Positions 37,054-51,498 of a stretch of 64,000 nt of DNA are shown piece after piece; position 1 is the first letter of the stretch; every line of letters starts with the position of its first letter. Below the pieces are notes generated by a model that did not search any database, had not been told where the DNA came from, and was given only the letters and a program-made list of their open reading frames with translations. The stretch comes from Chrysomallon squamiferum (lineage: Eukaryota > Animalia > Mollusca). A program made the position numbers and the translations under genes. Where the stretch lies: contig CM022667.1 of the NCBI GenBank assembly GCA_012295275.1, positions 4,278,001 to 4,342,000 on the forward strand. The letters are read 5' to 3'.

Positions 37054-39033
37054 AATAAAAACATTTTTCTGTTCTTAATGCAGATACTTGTTAGGGGAAA
37101 AATCTCCCATTCCACCTATGGTGCTCTCTACCCCGATTATCAGTATTATTGTATGTGCTGTTTGTGGCTGGGTTTATTGCCTGTTCTAACTAGAACTCTA
37201 ATAACTGTCAGAAGCTGTAATTACTGATTATGTATGTAAGCAAAAGCGTAAAGGATTTCTTTGGTGTTCATGAGTAGGTCATGACATGGCTGCATCAGGG
37301 TTATTTCATTCTTTTTTTTTTTTTTTTTGTTCCCTCATTATTTAAAAAAAAATTTAAGTGACCCCAAAATATCATTAATACAGAAAATACTGTATTGAAA
37401 TATGTATTAAAAATTAATTAATTCAATCATTTGAAACATTGTTATAAAGCACTGAAGTGGTAACACTGAACACATTTTACTGAAGACTAAGATGTTTTCA
37501 GTTTTTAGTTTGTGGCAGTATTCTTACAAATAGCCTGTGGTTAGGGAATGCAGGACATAAATCTTGCTCTTGCAAAATACAGCTTAGACTAAATCCCTTT
37601 AATTCTTATCCAATCTCTTACCAATAAAACAGTTAATCAAATTTTACTCAGATGAGATTATTATGTACTATCAGAATGAAGCAAAGAAGGGAGTTGATCC
37701 CATCCATAAGTTACCATACAGAATAATTATTAAAAGAACAGTCCAATTATTACTGCTAAAGATAAATGAATAATTTTCATGGTTCAAGCAGCAGAGAAAA
37801 AACATTTCAGGTTGTCTAATTTTAAAATTGTCTGAGATAAGATACTACATGTGGTACTTTTATTTTAAAATTATTATTAATAACAAGTGATTTTAGTTAG
37901 AGGTACAATGTGAAGTGTGTGTGTGTTGTTTTTATTATTTTACAATTATTAGTAGTAGTATTAGTAGTAGCAGTAGCAGTAGTAGTAGCAGTAACAGTAG
38001 GAATAGCAGTAGTAGTACTGACACTGATGTTCTTTTATTGTATTTCACAATCATTATAACAATTATAACAGCAACAACTGCTACTACTACTACTACTACT
38101 GCTACTAATGAGAATAACAACATAATAATGATGATGATTATGATGACGCAACAACAACACTACTACCACAACTAATACTAACAACAACAACAATAATAAT
38201 AATTATAGCAACATTACTAGATGAAGTTATAATAATGATGATTATAATATATGTACACTGCCATTACTACTGCTGCACCTACAACTACTACCACTAGGAC
38301 AATAACAGCAACTACATCCACATCTGTTACTTCTACACTGATACTAGTTTCACCATAGAACTGATAATAACTACAAAATATGAATAATTATAATTTATTT
38401 AAAGAAGATAATTGCTAAATGTTTTCAGAAAAAAATAATTCACTCATGCAGATAAATAATTATCTTCTCAAAAGATACAAAGACTACAAGAGGAGATACT
38501 TAAAAGATATTGCACAAGAAAAACGAAATCTGGAGAAAAAATTAAACAAAAACAAGAAACCAAGAGAGAATAAGCTTCAGATAGAAAGAAAGAAAACTTA
38601 GAGAAAGAGAAAGAAGAATGAAAAATGAGAAAAAGATAAAGAAAAAGAAAGACAATTAGAAATGGAATAAAACAGAAAATAGTGAGAGAGACACAGATGG
38701 ATGGATAGAGAATAAGAGAGCTGACAGACATGGATAGAAAAATAACAGGAAAAAAAAAGTTAATAATTACTTGTTACCACAAAGTGTTCACATCAGCTCG
38801 TACTCTATGAAATTAATCCCATTAAAATGCATCAGTTCTGGGCTTTTTTTTAGTTAGTTTTTTTCTGTATTTGAAAACATTTACATTCCTTCCCATGTTT
38901 CAAAAGTAATATAGACTCATAATATGTGTTTGTAAGTGTTGTATTCACTCCAAAACAATTAGCTTGCAGCATTTGTTTATTCCTAAACAATTTATTGTTA
39001 AACAAAAAACATCCCTTTTTATGCTGACAACTG

Positions 39034-39067
<34 letters not shown>

Positions 39068-39320
39068 CAAACAATGTCGGTCTCAGTTTATTATGTGAAG
39101 AATGTAGACTTTCAGAGTCATATGTATCAATAATTGCTTCATGTATTCTTGAAATACACTCTGGACAGTTTGTGTGTGTGAATGCATGCATGCATATGTG
39201 TGTGAACATACTGCAAAAGCCATTGTTTATAAACATAATTATGACAGGTTCATTATCCAAATAACAAACATTCACTGCTGTTCTTTTTTTCATGACATTA
39301 CTAGCTCTCATATATGATAG

Positions 39321-40495
39321 TTTTAACTATTAATACTTCATTATTAAGAAAGACTGGATTCAAGATTTGTTATATTTAATTATCAATACTTCATTATTAA
39401 GAAAGACTGGATACAAGATTTTGTTACTTTTAACTATTAATACTTCATTATTAAGAAAGACTGGATTCAAGGTTTGTTATATTTAACTATTAATACTTCA
39501 TTATTAAGAAAGACTGGATACAAGGACAAATCCATCATTTATAAGTCTACACAATGTTTATTAAAACTGTGTGTCTTCTGACAGCATTAAATATGTAACA
39601 ACACAGCAAACTGCTGTTGCATTAATCAATTTAATTTACTCAATTCTTTTTTTTTTTTTTTTTTTTTTTTTTTTATTAACATTCTTATATCTCTTTAACA
39701 AAAACATGCCAAATTCAAAAAAATAAGTATGGATGAAAAAAATCAACCACATTAACATTAGTTATTGGATTTTTGTTGTAAATCTTGAAACAGGTTGATA
39801 AATTAGAGTAGCAAACCCTCTTGAATGCTGTAAACAAAATGAGTCAATGAAAGACAATTATTTTCCTATGAGGGATAATGCAAATATTGATCACTAAAGT
39901 CACCGACATTTCAGTGGGTCCACAAAATCTGTTTATACACAACTTTTCTCATTGTTAGGAAAGACTGGATAAAACTTTACAAAAGTATTTCTTCTGTGGG
40001 TTTTGTCCAAAACAAAAACAATACTGGACAATAAACATTTTGAATTTACACTTCATGTTTTTATCCAAATTATTAAGAAAGACTGGATAAAACTTTACAA
40101 AAGTGTTTCTTAAGTGTTGTCCAGCATTGCTTTCATTTAAAAAAAAAAAAAAAAACACTTTGAATTTACACATTTAGGAAAAATATGCAGAGGCAAAAGA
40201 CTGATTGCCTAGATCTGTAACAGTCTGGAACAAAAGATTATAGCAGTTTTTAAGTGGAAATCAAAGACAGTACTCGGATATCTTTACATAATTATTTAAT
40301 CACATATGTGCTGATTTGTTATTCTGAAAGGTGTATGTACAAATGTCGTATAAATATTTATTTATACATTTTCTGAAAGGTGTAGTTTAAAATAACTTCT
40401 TATATCCAGTATTTCTTAATAATGAAGTTTTTGTAGTTAAAAACAACAAAATCTTTTATCCAGTCTTTCTCATTAACGAAGTATTAATAGTTAAG
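39321..40495. mobile_element. Foldback/MITE-like element with inverted arrays of a 53-54 bp unit
   Basis: About four direct units (ttaactattaatacttcattattaagaaagactggat) at 39321-39523, two partial internal copies near 39955 and 40073, and two reverse-complement units at about 40385-40495. Confidence 0.6.
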
Positions 40496-40629
40496 TATAT
40501 GAAATCATGTGCTTGAATGGTGTCTGCTGTCAAATGGTTTTGTTCCAACCCATTTTGTGTGTGTGTGTGTGTGTGTGTGTTCACCTGGGTTGATGTGTGT
40601 GCTGCTTTTTTTAGTGTTTTAAGTAGACA

Positions 40630-40664
<35 letters not shown>

Positions 40665-42464
40665 ACAGTGGGGATGGCTATGTCTAAGTATTAATAAAAT
40701 ATGTGTTTATCAGCTGCTTAACAATTACTCCAACTATCACTACAAACTGTTATCATACTTATCAGTCCATGTGTCTGTCTGTCATTTGTCTTACACAACA
40801 TTTAGTACAATGCCAAGAAATTTATAATTTAACAGCTCTCTTGACACATGTAATCTAAATCAGCATCTTGTTTATACACACAAGTAAAGACCTGAATAAA
40901 GAAGAAACAGCTGCCACATGAGATGCTCTTCAGCAGTTGGCATCAACAGAATTTTATGTAGAAAATCCCACAGTTATAAAACTTGTTTATTTTCTATCTG
41001 AATATAAAAACTGAAAAGTCATGAACTAACTTGTTTTGTATTCAAACACAAATTAGGATGAAGATAAGAAGCGACGATGCTGAAGAAATGATATTTTAAT
41101 ATACGTTACTGATATTGTTTTTGTTGTTGTTTTTACTGATATTGTTTTTGCTGCTGTTGTTGTTACTGTTGATATTATTATTATTATTATTACAAAACAT
41201 GTTTAACTTATCAAACTTCTTGATCTTCTTTTGCCATTTCCCGATACTAACAAATAATTTAACAACTTGTTTCTCCTGACTTCCTAGATTTTACACTGCA
41301 GATTTCAATTCTGTTAGAAAATTTCATGTCAAGGGTTTGTCTAATCAGTTTGAGATCCTCTGCTCTACAGCTGTCTTCATTTTGTTAAATTTACAAGTTT
41401 TTACAATTACCCTGTCAGAAAGAGAGAATGTATTTCAACAAGCCATTATCACAGTGCTGCCATCTATGTATAGAAGAGTTATCTCCTAATTACCTTTATT
41501 TTTAATGTCAATCAAGTTTATAGTTCTCTTCTTCTCTCTCCTTTCCATTTTTCATTTCTCTACTCATGCTCTGTTTCTTTCTATTTTCCTTTTTCTCTCT
41601 CTCTCTTAATCTGTCTTTTCTGTCTTTTCTCCCTGTCTGTGGGTATGTATATGATTTTGTGTGTATGTGTGTGTTTGTAAATTTGTATATGTCTGTGTGT
41701 ATCTGTGTTTTTGAGTGTGTGTGTGTGTGTTTGTGTATCTGTGTATATTAATAGGTGTATGTCTGTATATTTGTGATTGTGTGTTTGTGTATGAGAGATG
41801 AACATAATAATAAATGTAAACATATTTACATACCTCTGTCTACCAGTCTGTCTATCTGTCTATCTCTGTATATTTTTCATTCTCTCTATCTCTGACTTTC
41901 CATCTTTATGTCGGTATGTTTGTTCAGAACGTCAATCCTCTATCAGTCTACCTAACCAGTTTTTGATAAATATCTGTCTGTCTGTGTGACTGTCAGTCTG
42001 TTGTGTATATAGTGGTTAATACTGAATATATTTAATTAATTTCTATTTCAGTGAAATTAGTTTTTCATTACCAGTGTATTAGATGTTGTTTGCTGTGAGG
42101 AATGAATCAGTATTTTTGTAACATATCCGACATCAAAGTTGAATTTAATTTCCATTTGTCCTCTGTGTTAACTTTTCATGTCTCAATTAGTTGGCTGTTG
42201 CATGTGTGTTTTTCTGTTTACGTGTTTTCGGTGCATCTGTGTGTTTGTATTTGTATGTGTATGTGTATCAGTAAGTGTGTTTATGTCTGTGTATCTATTT
42301 TTTTTTATATATGTATATGTTTTTCTTAATATGTATATGTTTGTATAATGAGTGGTCTGTGTTTGTGTATGCATGTATATTGTGAATATATGTATGTACA
42401 TTTTCGTGTGGATAGCATTTTTTCTTGGGTTTATAAGTACATATGTATATGTTGTGTGTGGGTT

Positions 42465-42501
<37 letters not shown>

Positions 42502-44039
42502 GTGGATATCGAGTGTTTTTGTGTGTGTGTAATTATAAGTAGTGTATGTATTGTGTGTCTGTGCATGTTTGTATGTAAGTAAAGAATTATATATGTCAGA
42601 GTATGAATGTGTGCCCAAGCCATTGTTAATTGAATATTTTGAAAATATTTCTGACAGTTCACACTTGATAGTAGAAAATTATTCAGTTTGTATTGATTAG
42701 TATTGATATTGAAATAAACTGGAGAAAATTATTTATTATATCTTAGTACTAAAAAGGTATTATATATAGTATTTTTTTTGATGATAGAAAATTAATTAAA
42801 ATGTTGACAAAAAACAACTGGTGACAGAAAATTAATTGATATAATGTAATTAAACAAATGTTGGACAAATTCCCACAGATTATATCAGAATATAACTTAT
42901 TTTATGTATATATACTGATAATAGGAGATTACTCATTATATTCTAGTGATGTCATTAAAGAAATCATGATAAATAACTGATAGAAAATTAATTAATATCT
43001 TCAATGATTTCATAATGATTAATAAATTAAGTCAGTAAATAAACTGAATGTTTAAGATTTGTGAAATGCATTTTAAAATTAACATAATTAAGTATCAAAA
43101 TTTATTAAATTATGTGTTAAAATTACTAAATTAAGTCTTAAATTACTAAAATTAAGTGTTAAAATTAAAAAAAAAAAAAAAAATGGCAACTAGAAAAAAA
43201 ACAGTTCAAATATTAGACAAAATTGCCAAAAAAATTCAATCTGAATACACTTAAAAATTAATAAATAAAAATTAGCTAGTTATAAAATTCCCATAATACA
43301 ACTATACATACTTTAAAAATAATATATATATATATATATTAATATAATTTAAAAAAAAACAAAAAAAACCAAAAGTAGTTTATTAAACAAATAAAGTGTA
43401 TTTTTGTGTTCTTTATTTCTTTTTCTTTTTTTCACATAAATCTACAAACAACATTATTGTACGTCTCTAATTAATATTAATTTATTTCACTTTAATGTAC
43501 AATTTATTTCTCAAATAAACACAACAGCAGCCTGGTCTGGTCTTAATATTTCTTTAATTACAAAAAAAAAAAAAAATAGACTAATAATAATAAAAAAATT
43601 ATTTATTTGCATCTGAGCAATATATATTAATTAATACACATTATTAATAAAATATAATTCCAGATTTATCTTTTTCACATATAAACAGAAAAAAAAAAAA
43701 AAAAAAAAAAAATATACAGAAATAAATAACATAATACTGTATGAGTTCAGTGAAACAGGAACATGTAACCTTGTTTGACTGTACAAAAGCAAGCTTATTA
43801 TTGATATTATTAAGTGGTTACTGTTTTTTTTTTTTTTTTTTTTAAACGGTGATGATAAGTAAAAAAAGAAGAAATCCTACTTGTAGTACTACATTAACCT
43901 TTTCCATTAGCAGTAAGTGTACTTTTTTTTATCTCATCTGCTTCAAAAAATTTTTTTTTTTTTTTTTCATGACATGCTTTGCATTGAACTAAATATGATG
44001 TACTTAGTACAGAAAATAATTAACCTCTCTAGTTAAGAC

Positions 44040-44670
44040 CAAAAAAAGACATCCTATGGGTACATATTGGAAGAAGTAAAAAAAGAATAACTTGTGAACA
44101 GAGAAAGATTTATTTGAATAAAAACATACCATATGTGGTGTACTATGTAATCGTTATAACTTGCTTACTAAGGAAAATTAATAAAAGACATTATGGAAGA
44201 AGTAAAAATAACATGACTCAGAAAAATTGATTTTAATAACATAAGAGACATCCTGTGTGTGATGTAATCTATTTAACATAACAGCTTGCTTACAGGTAGA
44301 CGAACGAAGAAACAAAAAAGTAACTTGTTTTCAGAGAAAGATAAAGACTGATTTTAGTAAAATAAAAGATATTCTGTGCGGATGGTACGTGCTAAAAAAC
44401 AAAAAAAAAAGCATAACCTGCTGACAAAGAAAAAGTTATTTTAATAATGTAAAAGACATTCTATGTGTAAAAAATTACAACTTGTTTACTGAGAAAAATG
44501 AAAAATGCTGTGGATACAGGGAAGAATAAGAAGTAAAAACTTGGATTCAAAGAAAGATTTATTTTTTAATTATCTTTTTATTTTAATAACAAAAAAGACA
44601 GTCTGAGTGGCTACTGTGTGAAAGTTATAACTTGTGTGTTCCAATAACATTAGTGTTATAACTTGCGTGT
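44040..44670. repeat. Degenerate tandem repeat
   Basis: Recurring aaagacat(c/t)ct.tg, gaagaagtaaaa, taacttg and agaaagatt motifs at irregular spacing. Confidence 0.5.
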
Positions 44671-45525
44671 TGTAAAAGTTAAAAAATGTGGTTTACTCAG
44701 TACAACAAAAAAAAATACAACAGCAGTAGACTAAAACAATTACCAATATCAGACTGTTTACAGTTTGCCCAGCATAATACTGACAAAAATGATTCTATTT
44801 TCTTTTTGCTACAGAATACATTTCTTGGTGTTTGGATTCTAAATGTCTAACAAATAATAATAATAATACTTTAAAAAAATAATTCACAGCTGAATGAATA
44901 TAGTCTTTGTAATAAGTAAATAATAGTATGTTACAGCCATGTTATAAGTTAAGCCTGTAATTAAGTCTGTGTAAAAGAATATGTTAAACTGTGAAGGGTT
45001 AAATATAGTAGTAATTAATATTTTTTTTATTTATTACATTGTGTGATTTTTATAAAGGAACAAATTTTAGTACACAGAGGTGCATAAAGATAAAATTTTG
45101 ATAATAATTTACAAATTTAACTTTTTATTTTAAAAAAGAGACAGATAACTAATGATGTAAAGAAGATCTCTTTGTCACACGAGTAATTTGTTTTACTGTT
45201 TTCACTGGTTTTCAGATCAGAAAGTTTCAGAAGTTTTGGTCTAAAAGAATCTTCCACCCTCCTCAGCATTAATTTTTTTTTTAATTAGTTTTGTTGATTT
45301 TCTTTGTTACGTTTTTAAACAACCTTTTTGTGTCTACAATACACGTATATAAATATATATTGTTATTAGATGAAGATTTCATAAATCTGTTGGTTTTTTT
45401 TACATTCATACATACATACATACAAATACACATGCAGACAGACACACCTACTTTTTTCTTGTTTATATATATTTATGGAGAGATAAAAAAAAAAGATGAA
45501 TAAATAGAGATGGAGATAGAAGATT

Positions 45526-45557
<32 letters not shown>

Positions 45558-45905
45558 GAGAGAAGAAGTTATCTAATAGAGAAAGAGAGAATATGCGATT
45601 CACCCTGATTTTAAAACATCTTGTTTTTTAAAAGAATTTCTTCTCACCATATCCCAGATAGAAGAATGATAAAGAAGAAATACATAAAAGATACTTACTG
45701 CTAATAAGTGATAACATTTTTAAAACTGTCTCCTCAAGTCACATATCTCAGACATTAAACTGCAAACAAAGAATTATCAACAAACTTGATTGTTTTTATA
45801 GCCCATCTGCTGATAGAAACTAGCACCATGTTTTCTATGCATGAGTTTACATATATGCAGACACAATATATATATATATATATATATATATTATACATAG
45901 GCAAA

Positions 45906-45945
<40 letters not shown>

Positions 45946-46651
45946 TATACATAAGCATATATATATATTCATATAGATGCAGAAATCATAGACAAGAAAT
46001 TAAATAAATAAAACTTAAATATATAATTCAGTAAATAATTAGATAAAAAAAATCAAATAAAATGAATAAAATTTGTAATTTTTTTTTAATGTATTTTATA
46101 AATAAAGTGAAAAAAAAAAAAAAAAATTAAATAAACCAAAAAGAACATTTGTACTAATAAAGACACACACACACACACACTGACAGATAATTTAGCTAAT
46201 AACAATGAATGCAAATATCTATCTGTAATATATATATAAATACACACACCTCGCTGAACATGTTAAAACCACACTTGTTTCATGTGTAACATTTATCACA
46301 TCTCTTGTTATCTTGTGTTACATGATGTTACTGCTGATTGATGAGTTCATTTATTTTTATCTCTGCAGTATTTTAACATGTGAGTCAACAAAACAGTTCT
46401 TCCTGTGTTCATACTCACTCCTCATACCCACACACACAGACACACACGCGTGTTTGAATGTCTGTGTGTGTGTGTGTGTGTGTCTGTGTGAAGAGACAGA
46501 CATGCAGCTGAGTATAGCTATGTGCATGTTATGTATGTTCATCCATGTAAATAACAACTTTTACATGATCAAAATGAATGAAATCAGGAAAAAAAAAAAC
46601 TGATTTTAATTAAAGATGCATTCAACACTTTTTTGTTTAAGATCACACACA

Positions 46652-46690
<39 letters not shown>

Positions 46691-46941
46691 TCACATGTAT
46701 TCAAATGAGCACAATATATATTTAACACTACACACTGTAACAGTGTAAAACTATTTTGATAACATCACACATTAAGAATGATACAGACAATTACCAGAGG
46801 AAATGTACTGGGTACTGTGGTATATTTAGCAACAAGTGACTGTCTGTATTAACCATCATGAACAGGAAGCTACATCCAGTGTTTTGATGAGTGAGTCACT
46901 GTGCACTGGGTAGTGTGGGATGGAAATAGAAGTTTTAAGAT

Positions 46942-46985
<44 letters not shown>

Positions 46986-47185
46986 TGTGTCATAATTTAT
47001 ATTTTACACACTTTTCACAAATGTATTTATTTATGTATAAATTTATTTGTTTGTTTCTTTTATGGAAATATAGTTATTTTCTTTGTTATATTTCCATTAG
47101 ATCCTTCAGCTTCTCCTCATATTCTGCTACACATCAAAAATGTGCTGAAATACCAAAAACTTTATTTTAACCAGTTTCCAGTCTC

Positions 47186-47217
<32 letters not shown>

Positions 47218-47489
47218 AAATAAACTTTCTATATTGCAAAATATCAAAATATTGTATCAAAAGATTTATCTATATCACATACTCCACTAATATCTTGATA
47301 TATTGAAATATCAATATTTTTAATTTATCCACCTTTTCTCTCTATCCTTTCTTCCAAAAATAGCAAAAAATGTTCAAAAAGTAATAACAAAGTTATAGCA
47401 ATACTTACATTGTGACATCACTGATTGTCTTATTTCCATGGTAACATATGAAACTGATCAGCAAAACTGGTTTTAAAACTTTCCAAATT

Positions 47490-47528
<39 letters not shown>

Positions 47529-48208
47529 GTTATAATTAGAACAATTTCACATCAACATCATGTATAATTCCAGCCACGTTAATTCCAGTGTTGTAAACTC
47601 CTTTTCCTTAAATCTCTGGTTTTTTGTTGTTTTTGTGATTTATTAGTTGTGTTGGATTTCTAGTTTTTGTTTACTTTTCTTCTTATTCTTGTTATCTTTT
47701 ATTAGTTACTGCTCAAGTTTTATATTCACTGCTTCTTTTACTGTTCATAAAATTTTAAAAAAAATTAAACACCCCTTGTTCAGATTATTCTTTTTCTTTT
47801 TTCTTTCATTAAATTTCTTTTTTTTTAAATTTTATTTCTGAAATATTTTTTTTCTTCAAAGATAAAATAATTTAATGCAAGAAATAAAAAATTAATTTTA
47901 TTTGCTTTCTTCTTTATCTTTCCCTTTCCCTTTTAAATCCTTTTATATTTTTATTACTGTTATTATTATTTATTTTTTTTAAAAAGAAGAAAAATAAAAA
48001 ATAATAATATAGATTAATTTTCAGTAAAATTATTTTCTTTTGGTTCCATTTCCTTTTTTAAACACTTTGTTCTCGATTATTTTATTTAAAAACTGTGAAC
48101 TGGATTTTCTCTTTTTCTGACCACTTTTTTCTTGATTTTTACTTTTTAGAAAGAAAATGTAGATAGACTGTGCTATATTAATTATACTTTCTTTCTTTTC
48201 TATAGACT

Positions 48209-48247
<39 letters not shown>

Positions 48248-48264
48248 GTCGTTTATTTTAGATT

Positions 48265-48295
<31 letters not shown>

Positions 48296-49393
48296 TTATT
48301 ATATATATATTTTTTTTTAACAAATTTATTTGGTTATACATTACTGATAAGTTTTTTTCTGTAGTAATTTCAGCATAGGCCTCCTTGTAACAGATTTACC
48401 TTCCCTTGTTGGTCTTATTAATTTTCTTCTTTCATACAGATAAGTTTATATCAAAACAGAATTTTCTATTTTATTTTGTTTAATCGCCTAATAAATCTTT
48501 CACCACACATAAATCAAATCCTAAATGTTAAATCTAGCTGACTTTTATATACTTATGACAACAAGATTAAAATTTTTAGTTCCTTAATGAAATATTTATG
48601 TAACGTTTTTAATGTTTTACTGCAGATATATTTTAAAAACTGACGAAAAAAAAAAAAGAAGAAAAAACAGTTGTTGTAGCAGTGGTAACAGTAATTATGT
48701 CTTTTGCTGGTGTAGTAATATTAATAGTAGAATACTGTATTGGCAGTAATTGTTGTGGTAGTAGCAAAAAATACTATTCGAAGTAGTTCTAGTTAGTAAC
48801 AGTCGTTGCAGTCGTAGCTGTAGTTGAAGTAATATTAACAGCAGTAGCAGCTGTTAAAAAGTATATCTCTGTTTGGTGTGGAATACACTTCCTCCTTTGT
48901 TAATCAAAGGTGATTTAATTTCTTATTACCTGTGATGGTGTTATTTATTTTCTATTGTTTTTGAAGCTGTTGTTTCTGTTATTGTATTAACGTTTAATTT
49001 GATCACAATCTTTTTCTCCCACGAAAAAAAAAAAATCAACAATTTTTGAATAATTAATTCATTATTTGACTAAGGAAAGTGTCTCCAATGACAGATATTT
49101 TAGAATCCGGGTACATTCCACAAGTTTGAACATCCAAAGTAAATCCTTTTTTGTTTTTTTTCCTCTTGATGATTTTTTTATTATTATTACTATTAATTAT
49201 TTAACATTCTGTTTTTAAAATTCACCACTTTATTCCTTTTTTAAAATATTTTTTTCTTTTTCAGTTGTGAGTTTTGTTTATATTTCACAAATTTCTGCTT
49301 GAAAAATCCATCACATTGTTTACTTCCATAAAAGTAAATTCCAAAAAAAAAAAAAAAAAAAAACTGTAAGTAAATAAATCAAACTTTACTTAC

Positions 49394-49660
49394 ATGAAAT
49401 CCAGCAGAAAATAATTTCATCCTCTTTTCTCGTTCTTTTGTTTTTATTCTGTGATTAAAATCCCACCATTTCTAAAACGACCCAGCTATTATTATTATTT
49501 TACCGCAGCTTTCAGACACGCTCATTTGTTTTGTAACACGTTCTCTGCTTAGTTGTGACGGAACTATTTTCTTTGCGTGTCGGCTGCTTCGCCCAGCGCT
49601 AGCAGCATGAATGAAAGATGACGTCTGCTATCGCTGACCGCCAATAGCAGAGAGCTAGTT
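49394..49660 (-). promoter_or_regulatory. Candidate promoter and non-coding first exon, possibly of the GPCR
   Basis: Local CpG/GC enrichment with tgacgtc (about 49619) and gccaat (about 49640); minus-strand donor gtaagt (plus-strand acttac at 49388-49393). The link to the GPCR is inference. Confidence 0.35.
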
Positions 49661-49773
49661 GTGTGTGCGAACCTGTCCTGTTCTGTAGCAGCGACTGCTG
49701 CTTCACTGGACATGTGTGTGTAACTTCATTGATTGGAATATGTGAGAGAGAAACAGATATAAAGTATTCGTGT

Positions 49774-49850
<77 letters not shown>

Positions 49851-49852
49851 AA

Positions 49853-49885
<33 letters not shown>

Positions 49886-50121
49886 TGTGTAGGTATGTAG
49901 GTATGTTCCTGTGTATTTGTCAGTATTTATGTATATGTGTATATATGTGTATTGTAGGTCAGTATTTGTATATATATGTGTAGGTATTTGTGTGTGAGAG
50001 TATGTGACAATGTCTCTAAACGTATACTGTGTTTTTAAATAGATATATAGATATATATTTCTGTGTGTCACTTTGGTTGTTATAATTATGTGTAACTATA
50101 TGTGCGCGCGTGTGTATGTAA

Positions 50122-50177
<56 letters not shown>

Positions 50178-51465
50178 ACATGAAATGATTACCAAAAATA
50201 TAAAAATAGGTTAAATATTTAATGACAGAACTAAACAAAAGAAACTATATGAATTATTCATACATCTAATCATATTTTCTATTATGTACAATTATTCATA
50301 CATCTAAACATATTTTCTGTTATGTATCATACATGCAATAACAACAACAACTGATGTCCAGCTGACACAGACTGGCTTGGCTGGACAAGTGCAGTGGACA
50401 TTATAGCGCCTAGTACATTGTGTAGTGGACATTAATTTGTACTGACCAGTGAGTGGCCAGAGGCTATCAGTGGCATTAACTGACAAAACCAGCTTATTTA
50501 GTGTGATGTACTTTAAAAACTGGTTCAGACGAAATAATCATTTAAATAAATAAATATCATCTAGTTGGAGATGTATTTGTGTACACAGCATTTACATACA
50601 AGCATAGTTTACACACATATACAAACATTCATATGTACGTATGAGAGATAGATACACACTGTCACACATAAACACATATATGCACATATTCACACATAGA
50701 TGCACAACACATAAACAAACATATAAATACATACAAAGCAAATAGTTATGCATATTCAGTAACAATAAAAAAATTTTTATTTTAACTACACCCACAAAAA
50801 TCTTTATCTTTACAGTTAATGTAATTTACTACCAGTGTTTATATACAAAACTATATTAATGTATCTTCAAATTGTATCTTTTTCTTCACTTTTTATGACG
50901 CGATTATTTTATTGATGAAATTTCAAACATTCAGTGTCATTTTCATTGTTGTTTTTACAAAGTTATATTGCCTTTGGACGTCGATATATTGTATATGAAA
51001 TTGTGTCATTCTCTGAACATTTTACGTTATGTAATTTAAGAAGGAAAAAAAAAAATATATAAAAATATCCAGTGTTATTTTCATTGTTGTTTTACAAAGT
51101 AACTGCATCTGAATAGCAAGAACACAAAACTGTGAGTGTTGGCTTTGAGTTTCCGAAATGTTATCTAAATATAAGATTACAAAGACATTTTTAACGATAC
51201 GTAAAGTTGTATCTTTCTCTTGATGTTTGATGTTTCTTTGTATTTGTTATACTTTTTTAAATGGCTGAAGTTTAACCTGATTTTCATTGAATATTACGGT
51301 GTTATTGTCTATGAATGTCGACAGATGAACGAACAAGCTGCACTGAGTTTCTGTAGTGGGTTCTGTATATCTATTACATTCTGAAGATTTCCATTCTCTG
51401 TTCTGTTACTCGTTGATTTATCAAAACTGAATTCAGATTATTATTATTAGCGCGCGCAAACACAC

Positions 51466-51498
<33 letters not shown>

